Source: Eledone cirrhosa (Eukaryota). Taken from it: a stretch of 64,000 bases of DNA. Positions 28,819 through 40,136 of this stretch are shown here, piece by piece. The translations under genes were made by a program, and so were the position numbers. Below the pieces are notes generated by a model, which was given only the letters and a program-made list of their open reading frames with translations, had not been told where the DNA came from and made no database searches. The stretch covers positions 411,804,001 through 411,868,000 of the forward strand of contig OZ024741.1 of NCBI GenBank assembly GCA_964016885.1. Reading direction: 5' to 3'. Each line of letters begins with the position of its first letter. The first letter of the stretch is position 1.

Positions 28819-29225
28819 GACACCAGCATGTTGTAAGAAGGTATTAAAAGGTTGATATCAAGGAGGATATCGAACTGTAAAACATTGCCTTTTTTCCTTT
28901 ATTTTTCTGTGACCCAGTTTGGAATAGGTAAACCACATCCCTTGGTATACTATACCCAGTTTAGAGTATGTACACTGTATCCCTGCAAATTCTCAGAAGT
29001 AATTAAATGGGCTGGAACCATGCAGGACATCCAGCTGTAAAAGATTGCTCCCAAAAGGATCCCATCATAGTTATGAAGCCTACAATAGGGCTCACAAAAC
29101 TAACCCCTGATTTATCATGGAAAATGGCTTTAAAACAGTTTTTGTTTTCATGGTTGATTCTTGTTTTGTTTTTTTTTTAGTTTTTCGGAGGGTTTTTCTG
29201 ATATTTTCTTTCTATTTTTCCCTAG

Positions 29226-29446
29226 GGTTTGTAAAAAAGACACATTTTGATGCCCTACCTGAGAATGACTATGAAGGTTTTAGTGATATCTCTTATACCT
29301 TGAAAGGACCCAACAACGCCATTGAATCAACCAAATCTGATTTAATATTAAAAGCTCAGAAAGCCCAGAAACTTGATAAAATAAAGTCTGACATTGAGCA
29401 GAGCCGGTGGCTTTATGACACACCTGGAGTTATGAATCACGAACAG
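29226..29446 (+). CDS. NOA1: NOA1 (nitric oxide-associated protein 1 / YqeH-like GTPase) internal exon
   Basis: Polypyrimidine tract, then CTAG|GG ... CAG|GTGAGT. Encodes ...SRWLYDTPGVMNHEQ, containing the DTPG (G3) motif of YqeH/NOA1 GTPases. Phase 1 start, phase 0 end. Confidence 0.88.
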
Positions 29447-29635
29447 GTGAGTTTTTGTCAGAACAATTTAATATAGAACAGGGTCAGATTTAGAGGTAGG
29501 TGGCGGGGGGGGGGGGGAGCAATTGCCTCAACCACTTTACAGAGTGTACTGGGTGCATTTTATCATGACACCAACACTAATTCTGGAGTGGTCATTGCCA
29601 CATTGACAGGATAGAAATATATATATACACATGTG

Positions 29636-30030
29636 GAGGCACATGGCTTAATGGTTAGAGCATTGACCTTGCAATCGAAAGGTTGTGAGTTCAATTCTCA
29701 GACCGGGTGATGTGTTGTTTCCTTGAGCAAGACACTTTATTTCACATTGCTCCAGTTTACTCAGCTGTAGAAATGAGATGATAGGGACTGGGGTCCATAT
29801 CATTCCACTGTAGAGTGGTCGTGGAGGTGCCACGGCAAAATAGCACCCAGCCCACACTGTAAAGTGGACGTGTAGGCGCCACAGAAAAAAAAGCACCCAG
29901 CACTCACTGTAAATGAGGTTGGTGTTAGGAAGGGCATCCAGCTGTAGAAATCAAGCCAGAATCAGTTCCCGTCCCACCCTTGCAAGCAGGGAAAAGCGGA
30001 CGTAAAATGAAATGTTGATGATGTTGAATG
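29636..30030 (+). mobile_element. tRNA-derived SINE with an RTE-like 3' tail
   Basis: A box TGGCTTAATGG, B box GAGTTCAATTC, CCTTGAGCAAGACAC central domain, then the GGTTGGTGTTAGGAAGGGCATCCAGCTGTAGAAA block shared with RTE 3' ends, and a GAT-rich tail. Confidence 0.75.
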
Positions 30031-30034
30031 ACAC

Positions 30035-32030
30035 ATCATCATCATCATCATCACCGTTTTACATCCGTTCTTCCACGCTAGCATGGGTTAGACGGGTTGT
30101 CCTGTTGTGGGCAGTGTCTGGTCGGCTGACCTTGTCTTGCTCATACAAGAACTGATTTTGGCTTGATTTCTACAGCTGGATGCCCTTCCTAACACCAACC
30201 TCATTTACAGTGTGGGCTGGGTGCTTTTTTGCCGGGGCACCTCCACGACCACTTTGCAGTGGGAGGGTGTGGGGGCATATTGTCTATATGCTTCAGCTTC
30301 GGCTTGTACCCATGGGAGGTCGGGTACTCTGTATTACTGTGTGACGCCAGAGGTGTAATTGGGTAAGGTCGGCTTTTATCACCTCATCCCAGGTCTTCTT
30401 GGGTCTCCCCACTCCACGGTTTCCATTGACTTCTAGTTCTCTGCACCTTTTTATGCAGCTGTCATCCTTCATACGCATCCGCCTCTCCTGCACACAGCAT
30501 TTGATTCCTCTTATGCTCAGTCTCTCTCTCAATTCATTTATGCTTTGCCGTTTGCGTATATTACTATTACACATCCATCGGAGCATGCAGGGTTCGTTTC
30601 TTTCTAATCTATGTAAGTCTTCTACCTTCAGCGCCTCGGTCTCACTACCATGTAACATTGCTGTTCGTATACAGGCATCATACAGTCTGCCTTTCATTTT
30701 GAGGGAGAAGCCTTTTGCAGCTCGCAGTGGCAGTAGTTCCCTGAACTTCTTCCACCCGTTCTTACCCTACTTATTGTACTTTTTGCCCCGGCAAAAAAAC
30801 ACCCACCTCCACTGCTAATTCGGTCACCTAGGTAGCAGAAGCTGTCTCCTGTCTCTACAGAGCCCTCCCAGAGATTGGTGGTACTTGTTTCGTGTGGCTG
30901 TTTTCTGCTTGCTGTCCCATCACAGCTGCTGCATGTGAAGCCTACATTCTTAATTAAGCTTCCTGAGATCCCGCTACATCTCTTGTGTACCCATTGTTTG
31001 CATTTGGGGCAGAGAATGGAGTTCCTACCTACACCTTTCCTACATACTGAGCAAGGCCATTTCCCTGAGGGGATCTGGGTTCTGTTTTCTAGTTTACTCA
31101 CAAGGACCCTAGACTTTGAGATCCTTTCTTTCTAGTCCCTACTTCCAAGTTTGGAATTTCTTCTCTAGTTCTACCATAGATTCAGCTATAAGTGCGAGGT
31201 CATCTGCATACAGGAGTTCCCATGGGCATCCGGTCTTAAACTCCTCCGTTATTGCCTGCAGGACTATGACGAACAGGAGAGGGCTAAGAACAGAGCCCTG
31301 GTGGACACCAACCTGTACGCTAAATCCTCGCTATACTCATTGCTAATCCTAATTTTGCTGACTGCTCCCCTATACATGGCTTGTACAGCTTTCACAAGCC
31401 ATTCATCTACTCCTAGTTTTCTAAGAGCCCACCAGATTATAGCACGTGGAACTCTGTCAAAAGCTTTCTCGAGATCGAAGAATGCCAGGTAGAGTGGATT
31501 ACTTTTAGCTAGGTACTTTTCCTGTAACTGCCTCACAAGGAAGAGGGCATCAGGGGTGCCTCTTCCTGGTACAAACCCAAATTACATCTCATCTAGTTTC
31601 ACTCGGTCCCTAATCAACTGTGCTATAACTCTTTCTGTTACTTTCATGACCTGGTCCATCAGCTTTATACCTCTATAGCAAAGGTTCTCAACGGGGGGCA
31701 TATGCACCCCCGGGGGGCGTTTGGGAGCAAGGTCGCGTTAGGGGGGCGTTTGGAGCTGAGGGAGGGGGTTAGGGGGGGCGCTGGGTTTTTCCATTTTTAG
31801 GATCTCAATTACCGGTTAACGTCTCAATTATCGGACATGCCTGCACACCTGCTCACAGCTGCGGTCAGACTATAGTTAACCGGTAAATTCGTGATTTTGA
31901 GGGACAAAAGGGGGCGTTTGGCCTAAATGGGTTGAGAACCTGTGCTCTATAGTTTCCTCTATCTAGTGCATCACCTTTACCTTTGTAGCAGTTGACAATG
32001 ATGCTACTGCACCAATTCTTTGGTATGACA
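30035..32030 (-). mobile_element. RTE-clade LINE, 5'-truncated and degenerate, interrupted by a hAT MITE
   Basis: Motifs NCYKGKGDALDRGNYR, DLEKAFDRVPR, WPCSVCRKGVG and HGSET; (CAT)n tail at 30035-30055. Confidence 0.95.
31679..31944. mobile_element. hAT-type MITE (266 bp)
   Basis: TIRs CAAAGGTTCTCAAC / GTTGAGAACCTGTG (13/14 match); exact 8-bp TSD CTCTATAG at 31671-31678 and 31945-31952; splits an RTE reading frame. Confidence 0.92.
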
Positions 32031-32251
32031 CACATATAATTCATATATACACACGCACACATACATATATATATATACACACGCACACAACGTTATGTCT
32101 TCCAGTTTTCTTTTGGTTGTAATGTTTTTTGAAATATTTACTTCTGTGTCTACAGGTTGATTTTTCTTAGTTTCAGAAGATCCCATAATAGGGTGAAAAC
32201 AGAAATTCTTTGCTTAAACTCTAATCTGTTCTAATAATATATATATATAAC

Positions 32252-32785
32252 AAATGTCATCTGAGATTTCGAATATTAATAATATTAATAATAATATTTG
32301 ATTCGTTTGCAATTATGCAAACAGCCTCATTTTTAAAGCTGTGTCAGTAGAATGAGCCCCTCATTTTCTTGTGTTGGCATGTAAACAGAACTGCAGATAC
32401 TAATGTGGCCATTCATCGTTCGTATACAGGAAACTGACTGGCCAGTCTGCTGATATGCAAAACTGGCTGATCAGTGGATCTGTTAATATGCAGATCTGAT
32501 TGATCAGCCAGTCTACTAATATGCAAATCAGGCCGATCAGTCACTGTATACTTTAGAAAATAACATATATTTTCACTAGCTCTGACAGTTGGTAGGTGAA
32601 CAGTGAGCTGTACTGATGAAGGGTGATACCCAGAAACATTAGTGTCTGCAGTTCTGTTCACATGCCAACACAAGAGAAAGGATGAAGGGTTCATTCTACT
32701 GACATGGCTTTAAAAGTAAGGCTGTTTGCATAATTGCAAACGAATTGAATATTATTATTAATATTCAAAAAACTCAGATTACATT
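32252..32785. mobile_element. Fold-back MITE with ~150-bp imperfect terminal inverted repeats
   Basis: 32252-32407 is the reverse complement of ~32636-32785 (e.g. TTCGTTTGCAATTATGCAAACAGCC / GGCTGTTTGCATAATTGCAAACGAA); the interior has ~30-bp degenerate repeats. Confidence 0.8.
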
Positions 32786-33354
32786 TATTGTATTCAGCCA
32801 TGTAGAGCGATAATTTTTTAAATATATATATATATATATACCCTTGCAAGCGGACGTAAAATGATGATGATGATGATGATGATATATATATATATATATA
32901 TATAAAGAGTGAGAGAGAGTGTCTGCGGTGCTAAGACTGGGGAGACCACTAATCATGGGAGTACTCAATGCATGGGAAGATGCAGAGTGGGTATAGAAAT
33001 ATGTAAAATCCCAACTGCGGTGCTAAGTGGTGTGTTCAGCCTTTTCAAAGGTGTAGTAATATTTGTAGGGTGTGTAAAAGTAGGTTGTTAGTCTTGGTAG
33101 TGCTTTGGTTCAATTTATCATAGTAGTAAACTGGTCTGATGGAGAAAGGGAGGGCAGAGAATGGTAAGTATATCTGGAAAGAGTCAGGAGAAGGAAGTGT
33201 TGTGGGTAGGAGTGAAGTAGGATGAGAAAGGGTATAATGGTAATAGGGGATGAGGGGTGAGACTATGTACAGATAGGGCTTACAGGTTTTTTCAGAAAAG
33301 GATAAAATAAAAAGTGGGTTATATAGAAGTGAGAAAATGGAGAAAATGGAAAAA

Positions 33355-33612
33355 AACTACAATTGCTGACATCGAGAAGAGTGCCCTCTGGAACCCAAAT
33401 ACCGAACTACCAATATAGTATACAAATGCAAGGACACCACCAGCACGCTGAGAAAAGCATACATAGGTATGACCTTCAAATCCCGATTCACGCAGCACAA
33501 ATATTCCTTCTGACACCCTGAGCATACAACAAGCCTCTCCAGCCACCTCTGCTGATTATATGAAAATGGAATACCCTCCAACTACGCTGGACGATCATCA
33601 CCAGAATCCCTA
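33355..33612 (+). mobile_element. Penelope-like element GIY-YIG endonuclease fragment (decayed)
   Basis: Reads NC*HREECPL...TNIVYKC...AYIGMTFKSRFTQHKYSF, the VY-x-YIG-x-R-x-H pattern with the upstream Cys motif of PLE endonucleases; contains stops. Confidence 0.75.
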
Positions 33613-33789
33613 CACAGGAGGACCTTGTAATATTTGGTCGTAATTTCTTTGAAATATCTATATCAGTGTCCACTGATTGGTATATCTTAGTTTCAGTAGA
33701 TCCCTACTATATCAAGCGTTAAACCTATATATTTTTCCATTGTACTGTGTTGTTTGCTTTGTTGTATCCATTTACTTTTGCATATATTC

Positions 33790-34235
33790 GTCATCATATT
33801 TACTACTTAAAGCCCATTTATCCACGCTAGCATGAGTTAGATGAGTTGTCCCACTGTGAGCAATGCCAGGTCAGGTGACCATGTCTTGTTCATACAGAAT
33901 TGTCTCTGACTTGGTTTCTACAGCTGGTGCCCTTCCTAACTCCAACCACATTTACAGTGAGTGCTGGGTGCTTTTTGTCATGTCACCTACACGATCACTT
34001 TACAATGTGGGCTGGATGCCCTTCCTAACTCCAACCACATTTACAGTGGGCTTTCACAGTTTCCTCTCTATGAAAATTTACACACAAGACATTGGTGAAG
34101 CTGAGGCTATAGTAGAAGTAGAAGACACTTGGACAGGGTGCCACCATGCCGTGGTTGTGAACTTGAAACCTAATACCAGGCGGCAGTTGTGAAGCTGTGA
34201 AGTGACTTCCCTAACAACACAGCCATGTTCGTTAC
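33790..34235. mobile_element. SINE / RTE-tail fragments
   Basis: Contains TCCACGCTAGCATG and TTTCTACAGCTGG..CCCTTCCTAAC blocks identical in kind to the RTE tails, followed by a reverse-oriented SINE-like GAAGACACTT..G segment. Confidence 0.6.
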
Positions 34236-35123
34236 ATCGGCAGATTCAATAAATTATATCAAGACAAGTGACCGATGTCCTAATCATCTTAAACTACACA
34301 AAGCAAATATTGATAAAATGGTGGCCAGGGATAAACGGGAATATAGAGATGTTTTATTTGAATCTAAACTACTTAAGTCTGGGGTTTTGACCAGAAAGTG
34401 AGCCATGTTTGTTGATATTTCTTATCAATAACATTAATCCAATGAATTGTGTTTGTATAAAGGGTTTGCTATTGAGATAAGCCTGGAAGGAAGGACATCC
34501 ACACGAATGTGGGGGGATGAAGGTGGGGTTGGGGTTACTACAGGGAAGTAAATATATACTTAGTAGAAGGGTGGTGGAGGGGCATCTAGTAGAGACTGAG
34601 AAGTGGGAGGGGAATAAAGAGAAAGGTAGATAGATGGAGAGAGAATCAGAGAAATAGAGGTGTGTGTGTATACATATATATGTATGTGTATGTGTGTGTG
34701 TATTATGTCCAACCCTTGCTAGCAGGGAAAGCAGCCATTAAACCAATGATGATGATGATGATATGTGTATGTATGTAGGGAGAGAAAGAGAGATTGGTAG
34801 AAGTAGAGAGAGGGAGAGAAAAAGAGTAGTAAACAACTTCTCCAAAACATCTCATTATTTAACTGAACAATCATGACCCGGTGGCTGAGCTCTTGCTTGT
34901 TCAATTGCTAGTTACAGACATTTTTGGAACTAGTTGTTGAAATTGCAAGAGCTCAACTGTCGGGTCATAACTCTTTATAAAATATTGCTAGCATTGGAAA
35001 TAGACGTTAAATGATATGTATATGTGAATCCCGGGTTTAATTGGGAGTAACCACAGTTAGTAAGGTACTCAGTGAAACAGTTCTAGTCCTGTAGAAGCCA
35101 TTTCTAAATTAAACTTTATATAT

Positions 35124-35248
35124 ATAGGAAAAGAGTCAGGATCCCGACGGCTGAGCTCCGGCCATTTCGACAGCTAGATCCAAACAGTTCGGATCTAGCT
35201 GTCGAAATGGCCGGAGCTCAGCCGTCGGGGTCCTGACTCTTTTCCTAT
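35124..35248. repeat. Near-perfect palindrome (58-bp arms, 9-nt loop), probably MITE-derived
   Basis: 35124-35181 pairs with 35191-35248 with one mismatch. Confidence 0.95.
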
Positions 35249-35506
35249 TACCCACTCTACTACCCTAAGTATTGAGTACTCTGGTGCATTATGGTCCACC
35301 TGGTATCTTACCACACCCTCTTTGTTATATATATGTGTGTGTGTATATCTATATAGCAAATTCAGGGGAGCAGAGGCCATCATAGTAGTAGTGTTAGAAT
35401 ATGTAGAGTGACATAGCAGTGTATCATAGGTTTATAGTGTATTGCTGTTGATAAATATATAATTATATGTCATTTTCTTTACATATGTATTTATGTATAT
35501 TTGCAG

Positions 35507-35638
35507 ATTACATCTTTTCTGAAACCTGAGGAACTTCAGCTGCTCCTGTCCTGTACAATGTTTAGACCCCGGACATTTCTCTTGAAACCAAACCAAGTTA
35601 TGTTTGTTACTGGGCTTGGTCGTATTGATTATGTTGAA
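35507..35638 (+). CDS. NOA1: NOA1 internal exon
   Basis: TTGCAG|ATT ... GAA|GTAAGA; 132 bp, phase 0/0; ITSFLKPEELQLLLSCTMFRPRTFLLKPNQVMFVTGLGRIDYVE (PRTF-LKP and GLGRID are typical of NOA1/YqeH). Confidence 0.92.
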
Positions 35639-35686
35639 GTAAGAATCAATATAAAAATATTCTTGTTTATATATGTGTATATATCA

Positions 35687-36732
35687 ACATCATCATCATC
35701 ATCACCGTTTTATGTTCGTTCTTCCACGCTAGCATGGGTTAGATGGGTTGTCCTCTTGGGGTCAGTGTCCGATCGGCTGACCTTGTCTTGCTCAGACGGG
35801 AACTGATTCTGGCTTGATTTCTACAGCTGGATGCCCTTCCTAACACCAATCTAATTTACAATGAGTGCTAGGTGCTTTTTTTCCGTGGCGCCTACACGTC
35901 CACTTTACAGTGGGAGGGTGTGGGGGCATATTGTCTATATGCTTCAGCTTCTACCCGTGGGGGGGTCGGGTATTCTGTATTACTGCGTGACGCCAGAGGT
36001 ACGGCCGTGTGTCATCACCATTGAGAGGTGTAATTGGGTAAGGTCAGCTTTTATCACCTCATCCCAGGTCATCTTGGGTCTCCCCACTCTGCGGTTTCCA
36101 TTGACTTCTAGTGCTCTGCACCTTTTTATGCAGCTGTCATCCTTCATAAGCATCACATGTCCATACCAACGCAACTGCCTCTCCTTCACACAGCATTTGA
36201 TTCCTCTTATGCTCAGTTTCTCTCTCAATTCATTTATGCTTTGTCGTTCGCGTATATTACTATTACACATCCATCGGAGCATGCAGGCTTCGTTTCTCTC
36301 TAATCTACGCAAGTCTTCCACATTCAGCGCCCAGGTCTCACTACCATGTAACATTGCTGTTCGTATACACGCATTATACAGTCTGCCTTTCATTTTGAGG
36401 GAGAAGCCTTTTGCAGCTAGCATACCGTTCTTACCCTAGTTATTGTACTTTCTGAACACCCACCTCTGCTGCTAATTCGGTCAGCTAGGTAGCAGAAGTT
36501 GTCTACTGTTTCTACAGGGCCCTCCCAGAGATTGGTGGTACTTGTTTCCTGTGGCTGTTTGCTGCTTGCTGTCCCAGCACAGCTGCTACATGTGAAGCCT
36601 ACATTCTTAGTTAAGCTTCCTGAGATCCCGCTACATCTCTTGTGTGCCCATTGTTTGCATTTGGGGAAGAGAATGGAGTTCCTGCCTACACCTTTCCTAC
36701 ATACTGAGCAAGGCCATTTCCCTGAGGGGATT
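35687..36732 (-). mobile_element. RTE LINE 3' fragment
   Basis: ORF 35980-36423 (HGSETW, LRWYGHV, GRPKMTW); (CAT)n tail. Confidence 0.95.
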
Positions 36733-36869
36733 TTAATCTGTTATTTTAATAAATATTTGCTCTAGGATTCTTATATATTTGATATATATTTATTCTTATT
36801 GTGCCCTCTTTGGATTTTAGTCTTCACATTTATTATTATTAGTATATATATATATATATACACAGACCA

Positions 36870-37067
36870 CGCTATAATGTGGCCATGTAGGTAACATGGT
36901 AAAAATCTCCTAGTCCACACTGTAAACGTGGTTGGTATTAGGAAGGGCATCCAGCCGTAGAAAACCTGTCAGACAGTCCTATACGAGCAAGACAACCAAT
37001 CTTGCCTCAAGTGGGACAATTCCCATCTAAACCCATGCTAGAGTGGAAGATAGACGTTAAACGATGA

Positions 37068-37070
<3 letters not shown>
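36870..37070 (+). mobile_element. Short SINE/RTE tail fragment
   Basis: GGTTGGTATTAGGAAGGGCATCCAGCCGTAGAAA ... CCCATGCTAG ... GACGTTAAACGATGATGAT. Confidence 0.7.
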
Positions 37071-37111
<41 letters not shown>

Positions 37112-37649
37112 TTTATTATGGCTAAGCGATGAGCCTTGTTACTCTGGTGTTTCACCTGTTTACTCACAACATCATCACACATCAAATCACATGACAGATC
37201 ATAACACCACACGACCCTCTCCACTACTTTGGATATTACCTCAACATTGTTACACAGCAAAGTTGTTTTATGATTATTTGTTGATCAGAGGAAATTATTT
37301 TATATTTAAGTTAATTATACAAATATGTATAAAACTGTGATCCTTTAAGCTTCAGTACTATACCCTATGTGGTTTAAGGCCCTAGGTGGCCACCTGGTTG
37401 TCCTTAATGGTTGCACCAACTCTATATAAAACTGATCCTTTAAGTAATGTACCTCTCTGGTGTCTGTGCGCTAGTTGGCTGCTTTAGTTGCCCTTAATGG
37501 TAGCACCAACCCTGTAGATAGCAGTTTTCTAAATTCTAGTTTTTAATTTTGTCTTAACCCAAATTTTTGGTTTTGTTTGTTTTATAACATCTATTGATAT
37601 TTTGTTGTTTTGTAATATTTGAAAAGTATTTTTTGTTTTTTAAATTCAG

Positions 37650-37766
37650 GGTGAAGAAAATGTTTTGCTTACTTTAATAAATAATATCAAAATTAATGTT
37701 CATATCATGAACATAGAAGAGGCAGAAGATTTTTACAGAGAAAATATTGGAAAAGATTTACTTCAG
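37650..37766 (+). CDS. NOA1: NOA1 internal exon (not in the ORF track)
   Basis: TTCAG|GGT ... CAG|GTAAAT; 117 bp, phase 0/0, open: GEENVLLTLINNIKINVHIMNIEEAEDFYRENIGKDLLQ; joins the flanking exons in frame. Confidence 0.88.
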
Positions 37767-38234
37767 GTAAATAAATAAATCCTCTTTATATGAAATCAGC
37801 TGAAGTTTTATGGTATTAAATTGTCCATTTTAAAATCTTATTTAACCCTTTAACGTTCAAACCAGCCATATCCGGCCATAATTCTCTAACCTCTTTCTTT
37901 TCAAACCAGCTGTAACTGATCACTAATACTGACATTAAGTTATTGTTCTCAAAATAAATAATATCAAAATTTCATAGATTCGATATTATGTGAGATAATT
38001 ATGTGCAATAAAGCCGTTATCATGAAAATATAATAGTAAATAAACTATAATTTTCTAGCATAATTTGATATGAGAACTATATATTAAAAGGAAAGGAGCT
38101 GATTGTTAGATCAGACAAATAAAATAATGTTTCTATTGGTTTTACCATTGTTGATACTGTCAGTGACAACTCCTGGCAGAAGAAAGAAACTGATCATCAG
38201 ATCAGACCAAGAAAACAATGATTCTATTGGTCAT

Positions 38235-39957
38235 ACAACATTATATAGTGTATTTAATGGTGTATATAACATATAGTGTATTTAATGGTGTATATAACAT
38301 TATATAGAGTATTTAATGCTATATATAACACTATATAGTGTATTTAATGGTGTATATAACACTATATAGTGTATTTAATGGTGTATATAACATTATATAG
38401 TGTATTTAATGGTGTATATAACACTATATAGTGTATTTAATGGTGTATATAATATTATATAGTGTATTTAATGGTGTATATAACACTATATAGTGTATTT
38501 AATGGTGTATATAACATATAGTATATTTAATGGTGTATAAAATATATAGTGAATTTAATGGTGTATATAACATATAATGAATTTAATAGTGTATATAACA
38601 TATAGTGTATTTAATGGTGTATATAACATATAGTGTATCTAATGGTATATATAACACTATATAGTGTATTTAATGGTGTATATAACATAGTCTATTTAAT
38701 GGTGTGTACAACATTATACAGTGTATTTAGTGGTGTATATAACATTATATAGATTATTTAATGGTATATATAACATATAGTGTATTTAATGGTCTATATC
38801 ACATTATACAGTGTATTTAATGGTGTATATAACATATAGTGAATTTAATGGTGTATACAACATTATATAGAGTATTTAATTTTATATATAACACTATATA
38901 GTGTATTTAATGGTGTATTATATAGTGTATTTAATGGTGCATATAACATATAGTGTATTTAATGGTATATATAACATTATATAGCATATTTAATGGTGTA
39001 TATAACACTATACAGTGTATTTAATGGTGTATATAACATTATATAGTGTATTTAATGGCGTATATAATATATAGTGTATTTAATGGTGTATATAACACTA
39101 TATAGTGTATTTAATGGTGTATAAAACATATAGTGAATTTAATGGTGTATATAACATATAATGAATTTAATGGTGTATATAACATCATACAGTGTATTTA
39201 ATGGTATATATAAAATTATACAGTGTATTTAATGGTGTATATAACATGTAGTGTATTTAATGGTGTATATAACATATAGTGTATTTAATGGTATATATAT
39301 AACATTATATAGTGTATTTAATGGTGTATATAACACTATACAGTGTATTTAATGGTGCATATAACATTATACAGTGTATTTAATGGTGTATATAACATAT
39401 AGTGTATTTAATGGTGTATATAACACAATATAGTGTATTTAATGGTGTATATAACATATAGTGTATTTAATGGTGTATATAATATATAGTGTATTTAATG
39501 ATGTATATAACATATAGTGTATTTAATGGTGTATATAATATATAGTGTATTTAATGGTATATATAATATTATACAGTGTATTTAATGGTGTATATAACAT
39601 TATATAGTGTATTTAATGGTGTATATAACATTACATAGTGAATTTAATGGTGTATATAACATAGTGTATTTATTGGTGTATAAAACATAGTGTATTTAAT
39701 GGTATATATAACATTTTACAGTGTATTTAATGGTGTATATAACATTATATAGTGTATTTAATGGCATATATAACATATAGTTTATTTAATGGTGTATATA
39801 CCATATAGTTTATTTAATGATATATATATAACATTATACAGTGTATATAACATGTAGTGTATTTAATGGTGTTTATAACATTGTATAGTATATTTAATGG
39901 TGTTTATAATACTATATAGTGTATTTAATGGTGTATATAACATTATATAGTGTATTT
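38235..39957. repeat. AT-rich 28-31-bp minisatellite
   Basis: Unit TATATAGTGTATTTAATGGTGTATATAACA(C/T), degenerate copies. Confidence 0.95.
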
Positions 39958-39973
39958 ATATTTTTCCTTGAAG

Positions 39974-40091
39974 ATTCCTTTAGGAGATGAAGACAGACTG
40001 AAGCAGTTACCTCCCTTAGTTCCGAAAACCTTCCACTTAACTGGGATTGGATTTAAAAAGACTATGTGTGATATTGTTTTATCATCTATTG
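39974..40091 (+). CDS. NOA1: NOA1 internal exon
   Basis: TTTTTCCTTGAAG|ATT ... G|GTAAAT; 118 bp, phase 0/1; IPLGDEDRLKQLPPLVPKTFHLTGIGFKKTMCDIVLSSIG. Confidence 0.9.
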
Positions 40092-40136
40092 GTAAATACT
40101 TTAATGTTCTTTTTCCAATAGATTTATATATATATA

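Noticed and set aside
29636-29710. tRNA gene (also 61229-61285)
   Set aside because: A and B boxes are present, but I see no convincing cloverleaf and it continues into a SINE body.
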